Source: an uncultured Eubacteriales bacterium (GTDB lineage: Bacteria; Acidobacteriota; Aminicenantia; Aminicenantales; Aminicenantaceae). Taken from it: DNA of 64,000 nt. The notes beneath the pieces were generated by a model. The model was not told the origin of the DNA and made no database searches. It saw only the letters and a program-made list of their open reading frames with translations. A program made the translations under genes and the position numbers. Positions within the stretch are counted from its first letter, which is position 1; every line of letters begins with the position of its first letter. The DNA lies in NCBI GenBank assembly GCA_964429695.1, contig CAYSCS010000073.1, forward strand, positions 12,438 through 76,437, in the 5' to 3' direction. This document shows positions 8,778-19,945 of the stretch, piece after piece.

Positions 8778-10799
8778 ATGGCATGGGAAAAATTTGGCAG
8801 AACCATCCGCAAAGTCGGGGTCATTGGCTCAGGGAATATAGGGCCAGATATTGCCCTCTATTTTAGCAAGGTCTTTCATCCTTTCAATGTGGGGGTGGTT
8901 GTGGTCGATATCTCGGAAAAGGCTCTTAAATCAGGTGAGGAGAGAGTGAGTGAAAAAATATCAAGAGGCGTAAAAAGCGGAACTTTTGAGGAAGGGGAGG
9001 CTCAAGCGATGCTTTCCAATATTTCATGGACTACAGATTATTCTCTGCTTGAGTCAACAGACTTGGTAATAGAGGCAGCAACCGAGGATGTAGAAGTTAA
9101 GAGAGGGATATTTTCAAAGCTCGAAGAAATTTGTCCTGATGAAGCAATTCTGGCTTCGAATTCCTCTCATCTTGAGCCAGAAGTCATCTTTGCAAAAGCC
9201 AGGAACAAGAAGCGCTGTTTAGTAATCCATTATTTCTTTCCCGCTGAGAGAAACATCATCGTGGAGATTGTTCCCTCTCAGGAAACCCTCCCAGAGATTA
9301 CAAATTTTCTTCTGCGTTTTTACGAGGAAATCGGGAAGGCACCTCTCAAGGTTAAGAGCCGTTATGGTTATGCGATTGACCCTATCTTCGAGGGGATTTT
9401 CCTCGCATCTGCTTTGATGGTGGAGAAGGGATTTGCTTCTGTGAAGCAAATGGATGCGATGGTTCAAAGAGCACTGGGTTTAGGAGTAGGACCTTTCACT
9501 GCCATGAATCTTACAGGGGGAAATCCCATAACGAGACACGGCGTTTCCCAGATGCATTCCAAGATAATGCCTTGGTTCCATTCTCCCCAAATCCTAGAAA
9601 GACAGATTGCTTCAGGAAAGCCGTGGGAAACTCCAAAAAGAGGGGAAGAAGTGACTTATGACGAGAGAACTTATGAGTTTGTCTCAGAGAGAATCAAGGG
9701 AGCTTACTTCGGGCTGGTCTGTGAAATCCTCGGCTCAGGGATCATCGAACTCGGAGATTTGGAGATGGGGGTCGAAAATGCCTTGGTCATAAACCCTCCT
9801 TTCCAGATGATGAATGAGGAAGGAATAAAAAAGTCTCTCGAGCTTGTCGAGGCTTATGCCAGGGAATGGCCAGGTTTTGTTGTTCCTGAGATTCTCATCA
9901 AGCAGGCTAAATCAGGTGAGCCCTGGGAGATTCCGATGGTTTACAGGGAGGATTGGGAAGAGGTTGCAGTTGTGACCATCAGGAGGCCTAAGTATCTCAA
10001 TGCCCTGAACGTGGCAGTCATGAGTCAGCTTAAAAGAATTTTCTCTGAGATCAGGGATGATAGAAAGATAAAAGCTGCAGTGCTCACCGGATTTGGCAAT
10101 AAAGCTTTCGTTTCAGGCGCCGACATAAATGATATTGCCAGAGTCAGGACTCCTGAGGAGCTCGAGCATTTTGCGCTCAAGGGACAGGAGGTTCTGAGCT
10201 TGATCGAAAACCTGGGCAAGCCGGTGATCTGTGCCCTCAATGGCCTCGCCTTTGGAGGAGGAAATGAGTTGGCTATGGCATGCACGGCAAGAATTTCTCG
10301 CAAGGGATTGAAGTTACTCGCAGCCCAGCCTGAGCCAAAGCTGGGAATAATTCCTGGATTCGGGGGTACTCAGAGATTACCAAGGATTGTGGGTCTTTTA
10401 AATGCCTGGACTCTTCTGCGCACCGGAAGCCCTGTTTCATCTGAAGAGGCTTTGAAGATGGGCTTAATCAGTAAGGAGGTGGAAGGTGACCTCAAAGAAG
10501 CTGCAGTTGAGTTTGCCAGGGATTTAGTTTCGGGGAGAGTGACCGTTGTTCCCATCCGAAAGGAGCCGCTCGAAATCCCCGAATCGCTGCCTGAAGTGGA
10601 GATAGGCCACCTGTCGAGGAAAATTGATGAAATCCTAAAAAGAGCCATACTCGAGGGAGCATCAATGACCCTTGAAGAGGGATTGAAAAACGAAGCAAGA
10701 ATACTCGGGGAATGCATCAAGACCAAGGACATGAGAATAGGGATGGAGAATTTCATCAAATTTGGGCCTAAAAGAAATGCTGAATTTTCTCATGCTTAA
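8778..10799 (+). CDS. bifunctional 3-hydroxyacyl-CoA dehydrogenase / enoyl-CoA hydratase
   Basis: N-terminal NAD-binding VGVIGSGNIG (3-HCDH) and C-terminal crotonase fold (AVLTGFGNKAFVSGADI, oxyanion-hole region GLAFGGGNELAMAC). Confidence 0.8.
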   Translation: MAWEKFGRTIRKVGVIGSGNIGPDIALYFSKVFHPFNVGVVVVDISEKALKSGEERVSEKISRGVKSGTFEEGEAQAMLSNISWTTDYSLLESTDLVIEAATEDVEVKRGIFSKLEEICPDEAILASNSSHLEPEVIFAKARNKKRCLVIHYFFPAERNIIVEIVPSQETLPEITNFLLRFYEEIGKAPLKVKSRYGYAIDPIFEGIFLASALMVEKGFASVKQMDAMVQRALGLGVGPFTAMNLTGGNPITRHGVSQMHSKIMPWFHSPQILERQIASGKPWETPKRGEEVTYDERTYEFVSERIKGAYFGLVCEILGSGIIELGDLEMGVENALVINPPFQMMNEEGIKKSLELVEAYAREWPGFVVPEILIKQAKSGEPWEIPMVYREDWEEVAVVTIRRPKYLNALNVAVMSQLKRIFSEIRDDRKIKAAVLTGFGNKAFVSGADINDIARVRTPEELEHFALKGQEVLSLIENLGKPVICALNGLAFGGGNELAMACTARISRKGLKLLAAQPEPKLGIIPGFGGTQRLPRIVGLLNAWTLLRTGSPVSSEEALKMGLISKEVEGDLKEAAVEFARDLVSGRVTVVPIRKEPLEIPESLPEVEIGHLSRKIDEILKRAILEGASMTLEEGLKNEARILGECIKTKDMRIGMENFIKFGPKRNAEFSHA

Positions 10800-10822
10800 G
10801 GGGTGAATCAAAGGAGGTCAGC

Positions 10823-12031
10823 ATGGCTTTCGAAAAAGCTTACATTCCTTACGATGCTTACTGGTCGACTCCTTTCTGTCGCTGGCAGGGGAGCTTTTCC
10901 AACCTGCATTCCATGGTATTTGCCGCAGAGGTGTGCAGGGGGGCTTTTCCAGCGAGAAGAATCTCTCCTTTCGACCTGGAAGAGATTGTTCTGGGGATAA
11001 CAATTCCCCAGAAACACAGCTTCTATGGGGCGCCATGGCTTGCGGGCATGATAGGAGCACCAGGGGTAACGGGACCAACTATCAGTCAGGCTTGTGCCAC
11101 TTCAGCTAAATGTTTAGCCTATGCAGCAAGTCAGATAGAGCTAGGCCAGAGGAACGCCATCCTTGTCGTCACCTGTGACCGAACGAGCAACGGACCTCAT
11201 ATCTACTATCCTAATCCCATGGGTGTGGGAGGGACAGGCGAGAAAGAGGACTGGGTTTGGGATAATTTTGGCTATGACCCTTATGCCAAGAATGCCATGA
11301 TTGAAACTGCGGAAAATGTTGCTAGGGAAGCAGGAATAACCAAGGAGGAACAGGATGAGCTCACGCTTTTCCGCTACTCCCAATATCAGGACGCCCTGAA
11401 GGATAGAAGCGCCTTTCTTCATCGCTTCATGGTGGTTCCCATCGATGTCAGAGATGCTTCAGGAAGAAAGGTAATAGCCACCGTGAGCGGAGATGAGGGA
11501 GTCTTTCCCACCACGGCTGAAGGACTTTCGAGGTTAAGACCTGTGCTTGAGAATGGGACTGTTACCTACGGCACTCAGACTTATCCTGCCGACGGTAATG
11601 CCAGCATCCTCGTCACTTCAAAGGAAAAAGCAAATGAGCTAACACGTGACCGCGGGGTGGAGATAAAGATACTTTCCTATGCTGAAGCAAGGACAAGAAG
11701 AGGGTACATGGCCAAGGCTGTTGTTCCTGCGGCAAGAAAGGCGCTTTCAGAAGCCGGGATTGAAATCAAAGATGTGACTTCGATAAAGACTCATAATCCA
11801 TTTGCTGTCAACGACATCTATTTTTCCAGAGAAATGGGAATTAAATGGGAGAAGATGAATAACTATGGTTGTTCTCTCATTTGGGGTCATCCTCAAGGAC
11901 CGACAGGAGCTCGATTGATGATAGAGTTGATTGAGGAGCTTGTTCTTAGAGGAGGGGGATATGGGCTTTTTGATGGCTGTGCAGCTGGAGATACCGCAGC
12001 TGCAGTGGTGCTCAAAGTTGAGGTAAAATAA
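10823..12031 (+). CDS. thiolase-family acetyl-CoA C-acyltransferase
   Basis: 402 aa; thiolase-like N- and C-terminal halves (active-site Cys region ...ISQACATSAKCL..., C-terminal GCAAGD); follows the dehydrogenase/hydratase gene by 23 bp. Confidence 0.75.
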   Translation: MAFEKAYIPYDAYWSTPFCRWQGSFSNLHSMVFAAEVCRGAFPARRISPFDLEEIVLGITIPQKHSFYGAPWLAGMIGAPGVTGPTISQACATSAKCLAYAASQIELGQRNAILVVTCDRTSNGPHIYYPNPMGVGGTGEKEDWVWDNFGYDPYAKNAMIETAENVAREAGITKEEQDELTLFRYSQYQDALKDRSAFLHRFMVVPIDVRDASGRKVIATVSGDEGVFPTTAEGLSRLRPVLENGTVTYGTQTYPADGNASILVTSKEKANELTRDRGVEIKILSYAEARTRRGYMAKAVVPAARKALSEAGIEIKDVTSIKTHNPFAVNDIYFSREMGIKWEKMNNYGCSLIWGHPQGPTGARLMIELIEELVLRGGGYGLFDGCAAGDTAAAVVLKVEVK

Positions 12032-12367
12032 TTTATTTGGTTAGTAAACATCCAAAAAAATCTGAAGGAGGTGCCGGCAAAGTCGATTCTAATTGAAACT
12101 GAGATTTATGAGTTGCTGGTCGAGAAGAATTGCTCTTCTCCAGATTAGCTGGAGAAAAGAATGGATGTGGGAGAGAAGAAGATAAATTCTCTTACTTTTA
12201 AATATTTTTAGAGTTGTGATTAATCAAAACTTGGAGAGAAAGGTCTTCCTCTTCCTTGAATTAATATCCTCGCACTTACTCTACTCCTTCCTGCCTGGAT
12301 GCCATTTACCTTCCCCATAAGGGTTAACTTTTCAAAAGAAGAGGGGGATTGAGAAGAACAAAATAAC

Positions 12368-14764
12368 TTAGATTTTAGAGTTTCGCCTTTTCTTTTCTCC
12401 TAGTGCTAGAAGCACTTTCTCAGGCGTAATAGGCAGGTCGCGAATTCTTACCTCTATGGCATCATGGATTGCATTCGAAATCGCGGCTGCAGTAGGAACG
12501 AGTCCAGGCTCAGCTACTCCCTTGGCGCCAAAGGGTCCGAACCTGTCATCTGTCTCCACAAATTCAATTTCAAGGGGGAAATTCATTTCTGTAACACGAG
12601 GTATCTTATAATCTTTAAAACCAGGGTTGAGAATCTTCCCTTCCCTTGATTCAAGCTTCTCATAGAGAGCATAGCCTACTCCCTGAGCAATGGCGCCATA
12701 GATTTGTCCCTTAAGGGCAAGGGGATTGAGAACTTTCCCCACATCATGAACAGCAACCATCCGCAGAATTTTCACCTCTCCTGTCTCGGTGTCGACTTCA
12801 ACTTCGGCTCCCTGGGTTCCAAATGAGTAGGTGGCTGAAATGTTTCCATATCCTCTTTTAAAATCTGGGAGCTCATTTGGAGGGTCATAGAAGAACTCTT
12901 CTGTGAGCATTTTTCCCTCATTCCTGAAGTGAATTGCTCTCAGCAGGCGTCCGAGCTCGACTCTAAGCCATGGCTCTGGAGGTGAACCCTTAAGATATAG
13001 AAATCCTTCACTCAGGTCGAAATTATGGCGGCTGGCTTTTCCCCTGTAATCAAAATCAGGGGGTTTGTAGTGCGGATTTTCCTTGAGATATTTTTCCAGA
13101 TTTTTTTCTACTTCTTGAGGGAAGATTTCTTCGGCAAATTCGAAGAGCCTCTCCCTCAGCTTTTTTGCTGCGGGTATGGCAGCGTTACAAGCCATGAAGG
13201 CTCCCCGGCTTGCATGGGTTCCCACATCCCAAGGGCAGGTGGCGGTATCCACGGGAGTGATAAAAACTTTCTCAGGCCGAACACCCAGAGCTTCCGCAAT
13301 GGCGATGCTGAGCACGGAATGAAGCCCCTGACCCATTTCGACTCCCCCATGGAGAACATACACATTTCCGAAATCGTCAAGTTTCAGGATCAAACCTGTG
13401 GCATCCGAGCGGTAGATCCTTCCCCCTCCTCCCACATGAATCAGAGAGGCCATTCCCACACCTCTCTTCTTCTTCCTCCTTTTTTTCCAATCGAGTTTCT
13501 CGGCCACTCGTGCCATGCACTCTCTCAACCCGCACGTGCTTATCCTCAGTCCCATTGGAGTCGTCTCATGGGGAAGATTTGAGTTGAGAAACCTGAATTC
13601 ATAAGGGTCAATCCCTGCCTTGATGGCAAGCTCATCAAGGTTATTTTCGAGGGCCCAGGTATGTTCGGGGTTTCCATATCCACGCATCGCCTGGCAGTAA
13701 GTATTGTTGGTGTAATAGAGACGGGCCTCGAATGAGACATTCTTCACCCGATAGAGAGAGGTTGCAGGAAGCATCATCACCGTCGGATAGGTAGCTCCCC
13801 ATGAGGTATAGGCACCGTTATCCTGAATTACTTCCACCTCTCGGAAAGTTAGCTTCCCGTTTTCATCACATCCTTGAGAAATCCTTGTCAGGGATGACTG
13901 GCGAGGGGAAAGATAGGAGAATTCTTCCTTTCTTGAATAAACTATTTTTACCGGATGGCCAGTCTCGTAGGCAAGGAGAATGGCGATGTATTCATAGGCA
14001 TGGGTGTCGAGACCACTGCCAAATCCTCCACCAAGGGCGGGGATGATGATTCTTGTGTTCTTTCCTTTGAGTCCCATCTGCTCGAGGGCTCTGTTGAAGT
14101 CTCGCTGGGCGAGGTAGGGAATCTGGGTCTTTGCCCACATGGTGAGGTTGCTGTTCATGTCAAACTCAGCTATACAGCCTGCTGTTCCCATGCAGCATTG
14201 CTGGATGAGGGGGGTGGAGTAGGTGGCTTCTACAATGTGCTTTGAAGCTCTTTTTCCTCCTTCTATGTCTCCTGATTTATGGCCATAACTAAAGGGATGG
14301 AGATTATTTTTCCTCGGCCTTCCCTCTGGGTCCTGTTCATGGACAAGAGGAGCATCTTCTTTCATCGCTTCCTCTATAGAAAAAACACCGGGCAGAGGCT
14401 CATACTCAACCTTGATGAGCTCGATTGCTTCTTCTGCTATTTCAGGATCTATGGCAGCTACGGCTGCAACCTCATCCCTGAACTGGCGAACTTTATCCTT
14501 TTTCAGGGCGAAGTTGTCGTTAAGGAAACCGAAGCGTATCAAAGGAGTGTTAGCTGCAGTGATTATTGCCCTCACTCCCGGCAGCCTTTCTGCCTTTGAG
14601 GTGTCTATGTTTAAGATTTTTGCATGGGCATGTTCACTGAACTTTATCTTTCCATACAGCATCCCGGGTCTAATGAGGTCATGGATGTAAATGGCCTTTC
14701 CCATAGCCTTATCTGGAGCATCAGGTCTGGGGATTTCTTTTCCTATATACTTGAATTCATTCAT
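12368..14764 (-). CDS. molybdopterin-binding large subunit of xanthine dehydrogenase/aldehyde oxidase-family hydroxylase
   Basis: 798 aa; GGGFG(S) motif and overall aldehyde-oxidase/XDH Mo-binding domain organisation; overlaps the upstream FeS-subunit gene by 8 bp. Confidence 0.8.
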   Translation of the reverse strand: MNEFKYIGKEIPRPDAPDKAMGKAIYIHDLIRPGMLYGKIKFSEHAHAKILNIDTSKAERLPGVRAIITAANTPLIRFGFLNDNFALKKDKVRQFRDEVAAVAAIDPEIAEEAIELIKVEYEPLPGVFSIEEAMKEDAPLVHEQDPEGRPRKNNLHPFSYGHKSGDIEGGKRASKHIVEATYSTPLIQQCCMGTAGCIAEFDMNSNLTMWAKTQIPYLAQRDFNRALEQMGLKGKNTRIIIPALGGGFGSGLDTHAYEYIAILLAYETGHPVKIVYSRKEEFSYLSPRQSSLTRISQGCDENGKLTFREVEVIQDNGAYTSWGATYPTVMMLPATSLYRVKNVSFEARLYYTNNTYCQAMRGYGNPEHTWALENNLDELAIKAGIDPYEFRFLNSNLPHETTPMGLRISTCGLRECMARVAEKLDWKKRRKKKRGVGMASLIHVGGGGRIYRSDATGLILKLDDFGNVYVLHGGVEMGQGLHSVLSIAIAEALGVRPEKVFITPVDTATCPWDVGTHASRGAFMACNAAIPAAKKLRERLFEFAEEIFPQEVEKNLEKYLKENPHYKPPDFDYRGKASRHNFDLSEGFLYLKGSPPEPWLRVELGRLLRAIHFRNEGKMLTEEFFYDPPNELPDFKRGYGNISATYSFGTQGAEVEVDTETGEVKILRMVAVHDVGKVLNPLALKGQIYGAIAQGVGYALYEKLESREGKILNPGFKDYKIPRVTEMNFPLEIEFVETDDRFGPFGAKGVAEPGLVPTAAAISNAIHDAIEVRIRDLPITPEKVLLALGEKKRRNSKI

Positions 14765-15239
14765 TCTTTTTCCTCATTTTAATAGAAGCCATCTTAACTG
14801 CTTCGATTATCTGCTCATATCCTGTGCAGCGACAGAGATTACCAAGCAGGGCGTCGCGAATTTCATCCTCGCTGGGGTCTGGATTTTGGTCAAGGAGTGC
14901 TTTCGTTGCCATTACCATGCCTGGAGTGCAGAATCCACACTGGATAGCTCCACTTTCCACGAATGCTTCCTGAATGGGGGAAAGCCTGTTATATTTTTCT
15001 CTCAGTCCCTCAATGGTGAGGACATTCTTCCCTTCCACCTCGAGGGCAGGGAAGAGGCAGGAATTTACGGCAAGTCCATCCACAATCACCGTGCATGCTC
15101 CGCATTCTCCTTCTCCGCATCCTTCTTTTGTGCCTGTAAGTCCCAGTCCATGCCGCAACGCATCGATTAGCGTGTGATATTCTTCCACGGTAACCTTCAC
15201 CCTGGCCCCGTTAAGAAGAAATGAAATTTCCTTCTTCAT
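14757..15239 (-). CDS. [2Fe-2S]-binding small subunit of molybdenum hydroxylase
   Basis: 160 aa; plant-type ferredoxin Cys cluster ([11 protein letters not shown]) and second 2Fe-2S cluster (CGFCTPG...CRCTGY). Confidence 0.85.
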   Translation of the reverse strand: MKKEISFLLNGARVKVTVEEYHTLIDALRHGLGLTGTKEGCGEGECGACTVIVDGLAVNSCLFPALEVEGKNVLTIEGLREKYNRLSPIQEAFVESGAIQCGFCTPGMVMATKALLDQNPDPSEDEIRDALLGNLCRCTGYEQIIEAVKMASIKMRKKNE

Positions 15240-15247
15240 TTTTAAAC

Positions 15248-16090
15248 CTAATCAAACAGCTGTTCAAGCGCTCTTTTGAGGAAGACAGAGATGAGCTCCC
15301 TTCTGTACTCCTCGCTTCCTCTTATATCTGAAATCGGCTGGATATTTTTTTGAGCGATCTTTTGGGCCTCAGAAATTAGCCTTTTGGTGATGACCTCTCC
15401 TTCGAGGAGTTCCTCAACCATTCTCAGACGCAAAGGACGGGGCGCAGCGGACCCGGCTGAGATTCTTGCCTTATGGCATTTTTTACCCTCGATTTCGAAA
15501 AGACAGGCAAGACTCACCACAGCAAGGTCCATTTTAACCCTCCCTTTCTTGAGAAAGGCCACCCTAAACCTGAGAGGAGGAGGGCCAAGAATGATTTCTG
15601 TGAGTATCTCATTCTGAGAAAGACAGATTTTCCCCTCTCCCTTGAAGAATTCATCCACGGGAACGAGACGGTCCCCTTGAGGGCTACTGAGTCTCAGAGT
15701 TGCCTCAAGAGTGAGGAGCGCAAGAGCAATATCAGCGCTTGGAGAGGCATTGCAGAGATTTCCCCCTACTGTGGCCACATTCCTGATTTGAACGCAGGCC
15801 ATATTCTTTGCGGCTTCCTTGAGGAGAGGATATTTTTCATGGAGAGGCTCGTTCGCAAGCAGAGAGGTTATCGTCACCAGCGAACCTATCCTTGCCCCGT
15901 TTTGAAGGCCTATTTTTTTTAACTCTTGTAACAGGCGCAAGGAAATCAAGGCTGAGGGCCTGACTTCATTGTTTTTTATTTTCACCAGAATATCAGTACC
16001 TCCAGCAATAAAAGAGGAATCAGCTATCTCGTTTTTCAACTTCCATGCCTCTTCTATTGTTTGTGGTCGGAGGTATCTAAAGCGGATCAT
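15248..16090 (-). CDS. FAD-binding medium subunit of molybdenum hydroxylase (CoxM-like)
   Basis: 280 aa; FAD-binding PCMH-type domain (AGGTDIL...); no extra 4Fe-4S insertion. Confidence 0.8.
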   Translation of the reverse strand: MIRFRYLRPQTIEEAWKLKNEIADSSFIAGGTDILVKIKNNEVRPSALISLRLLQELKKIGLQNGARIGSLVTITSLLANEPLHEKYPLLKEAAKNMACVQIRNVATVGGNLCNASPSADIALALLTLEATLRLSSPQGDRLVPVDEFFKGEGKICLSQNEILTEIILGPPPLRFRVAFLKKGRVKMDLAVVSLACLFEIEGKKCHKARISAGSAAPRPLRLRMVEELLEGEVITKRLISEAQKIAQKNIQPISDIRGSEEYRRELISVFLKRALEQLFD

Positions 16091-17406
16091 GCTACGATTT
16101 TATTTTTCCTCAGCATATTAATCTTTTCAGGGGGAAAGCCTGCCTCTTCAAGAATTCTATTTGTGTGTTCCCCATAGGCAGGAGCGAAGGTGATTTCTCC
16201 TTTACACTTTTCAAGATATTCGGTTAGAACTGGCGGAGGGGGAAGCCTCACCGTTTGTCCCTCAGGAGTTGAAGTCTTGAGGATACGGTCTCTTATAAAT
16301 TCAAGGTCCCATACTTTTTCGATAGGAGTTATAGGAGAATGAGGGATTAGAGCTTCTTCAAGCACCTCCGAGACTTCTGAGGAAGTGTGCTTTTCTGTGA
16401 TTCTTTCAAGCAGAAGATGTAACTCTTTTTTTACCTTCCTCCGTCCTTCATTGGTCGAAAGGCGTTCCTCATTAAGAGAGGAAAACATGGGGCTTTGCAC
16501 AAGACGTGCCCACTGGGCGTCACTGCCAATGGCGATGTAGATGTAGCCGTCGAGAGTCCTGTAGGCGTTTACGGGTATGAACTGGCGGTGTTCATTTCCT
16601 GAGCGCTTGAGCTCAGAGGGTGGGCTCCCCAGGTCAAGCATGGGAAGAAAGGTCTGAAGCCAGGAGATGGCAGCATGGGCCATGGAGATGTCAATCTTTT
16701 TTCCCTTTCCTGTCACCCCTCGTTCGGCAAGCGCAATTATAATCTGGATAAATGCCTCATCTCCAGCCTTGAGGTCGATGAGTGGAGGACCACATTGAAG
16801 AGGAGGACCATTACTCTCCCCTGTGATGTCCATGAAGCCGCAGAGTGCCTGGAGCACAGGGTCATAGCCCGGCACCCCGGGATATTTTAATCCGAGAGCA
16901 GAAATGCTGCACCAGATTAGGTCTTCTTTCACCCCGGAAAGTGTCTCGTAATCTATTCCAAGCCTTTTATGGCGTTCAGGCAGCGTGTTAGTACAGAAGA
17001 CATCGACATTGAGTCTTCGGATTAGCTCTTGGAGGACGTTTTGCCCTTCTTTACTTTTAAGGTCGATGGCAATCGCCTCTTTCCCTACATTCGGCGCGAT
17101 GAAATAACTGTGACGGTCTTCTCCAGCCACTGGTCTTCCTATATAGCGGTTCGGGTCACCTTTGGATTTCAAGCCTTCACTTGGAGTAGGCTCTACTTTA
17201 ATCACGCGCCACCCGAGATGCACAAAGCGCAAGGTGGCATAGGTCATGGTGAGAGCCTGTTCGACGCTAAGAATTATGCGTGAGTTACCAAGGGGAGAGC
17301 TTATTGTTGCGGCTTCTTTTTTAAGATTTTTTTTTAATTCTGATTGCATCACTCTGAACCCGCACTCCCGATTTTCTTTATACACAAAAGAGAGGAATCT
17401 GTCCAT
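16087..17406 (-). CDS. family III CoA-transferase (CaiB/BaiF-like)
   Basis: core ...RFVHLGWRVIKVEPTPSEG... and overall CaiB/BaiF-like organisation; stop overlaps the FAD-subunit start (ATGA); true start is probably an internal Met near 17349. Confidence 0.7.
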   Translation of the reverse strand: MDRFLSFVYKENRECGFRVMQSELKKNLKKEAATISSPLGNSRIILSVEQALTMTYATLRFVHLGWRVIKVEPTPSEGLKSKGDPNRYIGRPVAGEDRHSYFIAPNVGKEAIAIDLKSKEGQNVLQELIRRLNVDVFCTNTLPERHKRLGIDYETLSGVKEDLIWCSISALGLKYPGVPGYDPVLQALCGFMDITGESNGPPLQCGPPLIDLKAGDEAFIQIIIALAERGVTGKGKKIDISMAHAAISWLQTFLPMLDLGSPPSELKRSGNEHRQFIPVNAYRTLDGYIYIAIGSDAQWARLVQSPMFSSLNEERLSTNEGRRKVKKELHLLLERITEKHTSSEVSEVLEEALIPHSPITPIEKVWDLEFIRDRILKTSTPEGQTVRLPPPPVLTEYLEKCKGEITFAPAYGEHTNRILEEAGFPPEKINMLRKNKIVA

Positions 17407-17787
17407 ATTTTGTTTAAATCATAGATTTTGGTTTGAGAGGAATTTTTCTGGCTTGGATGTGGCGGTGGTTTAGCCCTGGCTGAAAATTAGCTCTCGGGCT
17501 TATCGCGAAGGATGCACTCCGCTTTTTTTACAGGCATTTTTACCTCATTTCTTTCTTAATCCTCTTTCCCCATGTTAACAGAGCTTAAAAGGGAGAGGTC
17601 GTGAAGGTAGAAAGTGGAGAGGGAGAAGGACCTTGGCCGCGAGGAGTTAAAAAATATAGGAATCGTGGGGTTAAGCCTTTAAAATGATTTTCTGAGCCCC
17701 TGCTTCACAAAATTCTTTTTAACTTGAAGCGTAAATGAAGTATTATGAAAAAATGTCTCTTTTTCAAGTTTAAATCAAATGATTTCC

Positions 17788-17815
17788 TTGCAAATTGAAT
17801 CTTTTTTTATATAAT
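17788..17815 (+). promoter_or_regulatory. candidate sigma70-like promoter (-35 TTGCAA, 16-nt spacer, -10 TATAAT) upstream of OYE-family gene
   Basis: sequence ttgcaa-N16-tataat about 70 nt upstream of the 17889 start codon. Confidence 0.3.
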
Positions 17816-17888
17816 CTTTTCCATGGAAAGGGAATCAAGATCAATAAGATAGAGATGAATGCTATTTTCCATTTCGAGAAAATAATCA

Positions 17889-19931
17889 TTGAAGGAGAGA
17901 AGAATGTTACCCGGTGAAAAGAAGTATCCCCATATCTTCAGTCCCATAAGAATAGGTAAATTATGGGCAAAAAACAGAATCAAATATGCCTCGACAGAAA
18001 CCAATTTCAATTACAGTGATGGTTTCGTCTCTGATAAGGAACTTGCTTACATCGAGGCTCATGCAAGGGGTGGGTCAGGGATTGTGACCACTCAGGGCGC
18101 CTACACTGACCCTCAGGGAGAGGGGCAGGGCTATGTGGGGATGATGGGTATCTGGGATGATAAGTTCATTCCCGGCCTGAGGAAGATGGCCGATTTGATC
18201 CACAAGGGAGGGGCACTTGCCTGTTTACAGCTCATGCACTGTGGACGGGTGGGAGGAATAAACTTATCCTATACAGTCGGGCCCTCTGTTATTCCTCAGA
18301 GATTGCGGCGTTTCAGACCGCCACGAAAGATGAGCATTCCTGAGATAGAGAAATGTATCGAGGAGCACATAGCTGGCGCAAGAAGGGCGGTTGAGGCAGG
18401 ATTTGATATAATCGAGATTTCAGGCATTGTGGGATACCTCATCTCAAATTTCATTTCTAAATACACTAACTGGAGAAGCGACGAGTATGGAGGAGACATC
18501 CATGGTCGCTCAACTTTCATGAGGAAAATCATTGAGGGAATCCGAAAAGAAGTGGAGCCAGATGTTGCCTTGGGTATCCGTCTTTGTGGCTGGGAAATGC
18601 TCGACGATGTAGGAGGAAATACAGAGGAGGAGAGCCTCGAGTCAATCAGAATCGCAGAGGCAGCCGGCTGCGATTATATAAGCGTAACCGTAGGCTGGCA
18701 GGAGTCACTGGGATCTGTAATCTCTAGGGATATCCCCATGGGAAAATGGCTTTATGTTGCCGAGAGGACGAAAAAAGCAGTCAAGATTCCAGTGAGCATG
18801 GCTTACAGGCTTTTCACTCCCGAAATCCCTGAGAAGGCCATCGCTGAGGGGAAGCTTGACATTTGGGAGATGTGCCGTCCCCAGATTGCAGACCCAGCCC
18901 TTCCCAACAAGATTTTATGGGGTCATGAAGAGGATGTCATACCCTGCCTTGCCTGTCAGGTTTGCCTTGCGCGGCTTTTCCGCGATGCCCCCATCACCTG
19001 CATGGCTCGCCCTTCCTGCGGTCATGAAGGGGAGCCTGAATGGGGATATTATGGGTTTTCGAAGGCAGAAAAAAAGAGGAAAATCATCGTCGCCGGTGCA
19101 GGGATTGCAGGTCTGCAAGCAGCAAAGATAGCTTCTGAAAAGGGACATGAAGTCACAATTTATGAAAAGACTGACCACATAGGCGGTCAGTGGTTTTATG
19201 CCTCAAGAAATCCATATGGTGAGAACTCTGGAAGATACTGGGATGATGAAGAATTCATGCGCTGGGTAAATCACATGAAGTCTCAGTGTGAGAAAAATGG
19301 GGTAAAAATCATCCTTAATACCCCTGTGACCAAGGAGCTTCTTGAAAGAGAAAAGCCAGATTCCTTGGTGATTGCTACGGGAGCGGTGCCTGAAGTAACG
19401 GATATTCCCGGAGTTGATAAGCCTCATGTGGTGACAATGTTTGATGTCTTTTTGGGAAAAGTGAAGCTCGGAAAGAATGTGGTGATAGTTGGCGGCTCCG
19501 GTGCCTCGATTTCACTCGCTCTTTTCGTCATCGGGAAAATGGAGAAAGAGGGAGTTAAGGATTTTTCGCTTGCCATGATTGATTCAGCGCCAAGGTTTGG
19601 ATGGGATGTGAATCCATCTTATATCTGGAGGTATAGATTAAGGCTTAATCAGGCCAATGTCAGGGAGCTTACCAACGGAGTGATAAAAGAAATTAAAGAT
19701 GACCACATCATCGCCGACTGGATTGTTGTTGACCGCAAGACGAAGGAGAGAAAGGAATTCAAAAACCAGAAGGTTCCAGCAGATTCAGTAATCTTAGCTA
19801 AGCTTGTTCCTAATAGAGAACTTGGCTACGGCTCCTTCAAAGGAGATACTGCCATGATTGGTGATTGTCTCTGGGTGAGACGGGGTTTTGATGCCATCCA
19901 GGACGGATATCGTCTGGGGATGAGATTTTGA
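17889..19931 (+). CDS. OYE-family flavin oxidoreductase fused to FAD/NAD(P)-binding domain (2,4-dienoyl-CoA reductase / 2-enoate reductase-like) with Fe-S Cys cluster
   Basis: 680 aa; TIM-barrel OYE N-terminus (HCGRVGG region), Cys-rich linker (CLACQVC...C...C) and C-terminal Rossmann GAGIAGL. Confidence 0.8.
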   Translation: MKERRMLPGEKKYPHIFSPIRIGKLWAKNRIKYASTETNFNYSDGFVSDKELAYIEAHARGGSGIVTTQGAYTDPQGEGQGYVGMMGIWDDKFIPGLRKMADLIHKGGALACLQLMHCGRVGGINLSYTVGPSVIPQRLRRFRPPRKMSIPEIEKCIEEHIAGARRAVEAGFDIIEISGIVGYLISNFISKYTNWRSDEYGGDIHGRSTFMRKIIEGIRKEVEPDVALGIRLCGWEMLDDVGGNTEEESLESIRIAEAAGCDYISVTVGWQESLGSVISRDIPMGKWLYVAERTKKAVKIPVSMAYRLFTPEIPEKAIAEGKLDIWEMCRPQIADPALPNKILWGHEEDVIPCLACQVCLARLFRDAPITCMARPSCGHEGEPEWGYYGFSKAEKKRKIIVAGAGIAGLQAAKIASEKGHEVTIYEKTDHIGGQWFYASRNPYGENSGRYWDDEEFMRWVNHMKSQCEKNGVKIILNTPVTKELLEREKPDSLVIATGAVPEVTDIPGVDKPHVVTMFDVFLGKVKLGKNVVIVGGSGASISLALFVIGKMEKEGVKDFSLAMIDSAPRFGWDVNPSYIWRYRLRLNQANVRELTNGVIKEIKDDHIIADWIVVDRKTKERKEFKNQKVPADSVILAKLVPNRELGYGSFKGDTAMIGDCLWVRRGFDAIQDGYRLGMRF

Positions 19932-19945
19932 TTGGGAGGTGAATC

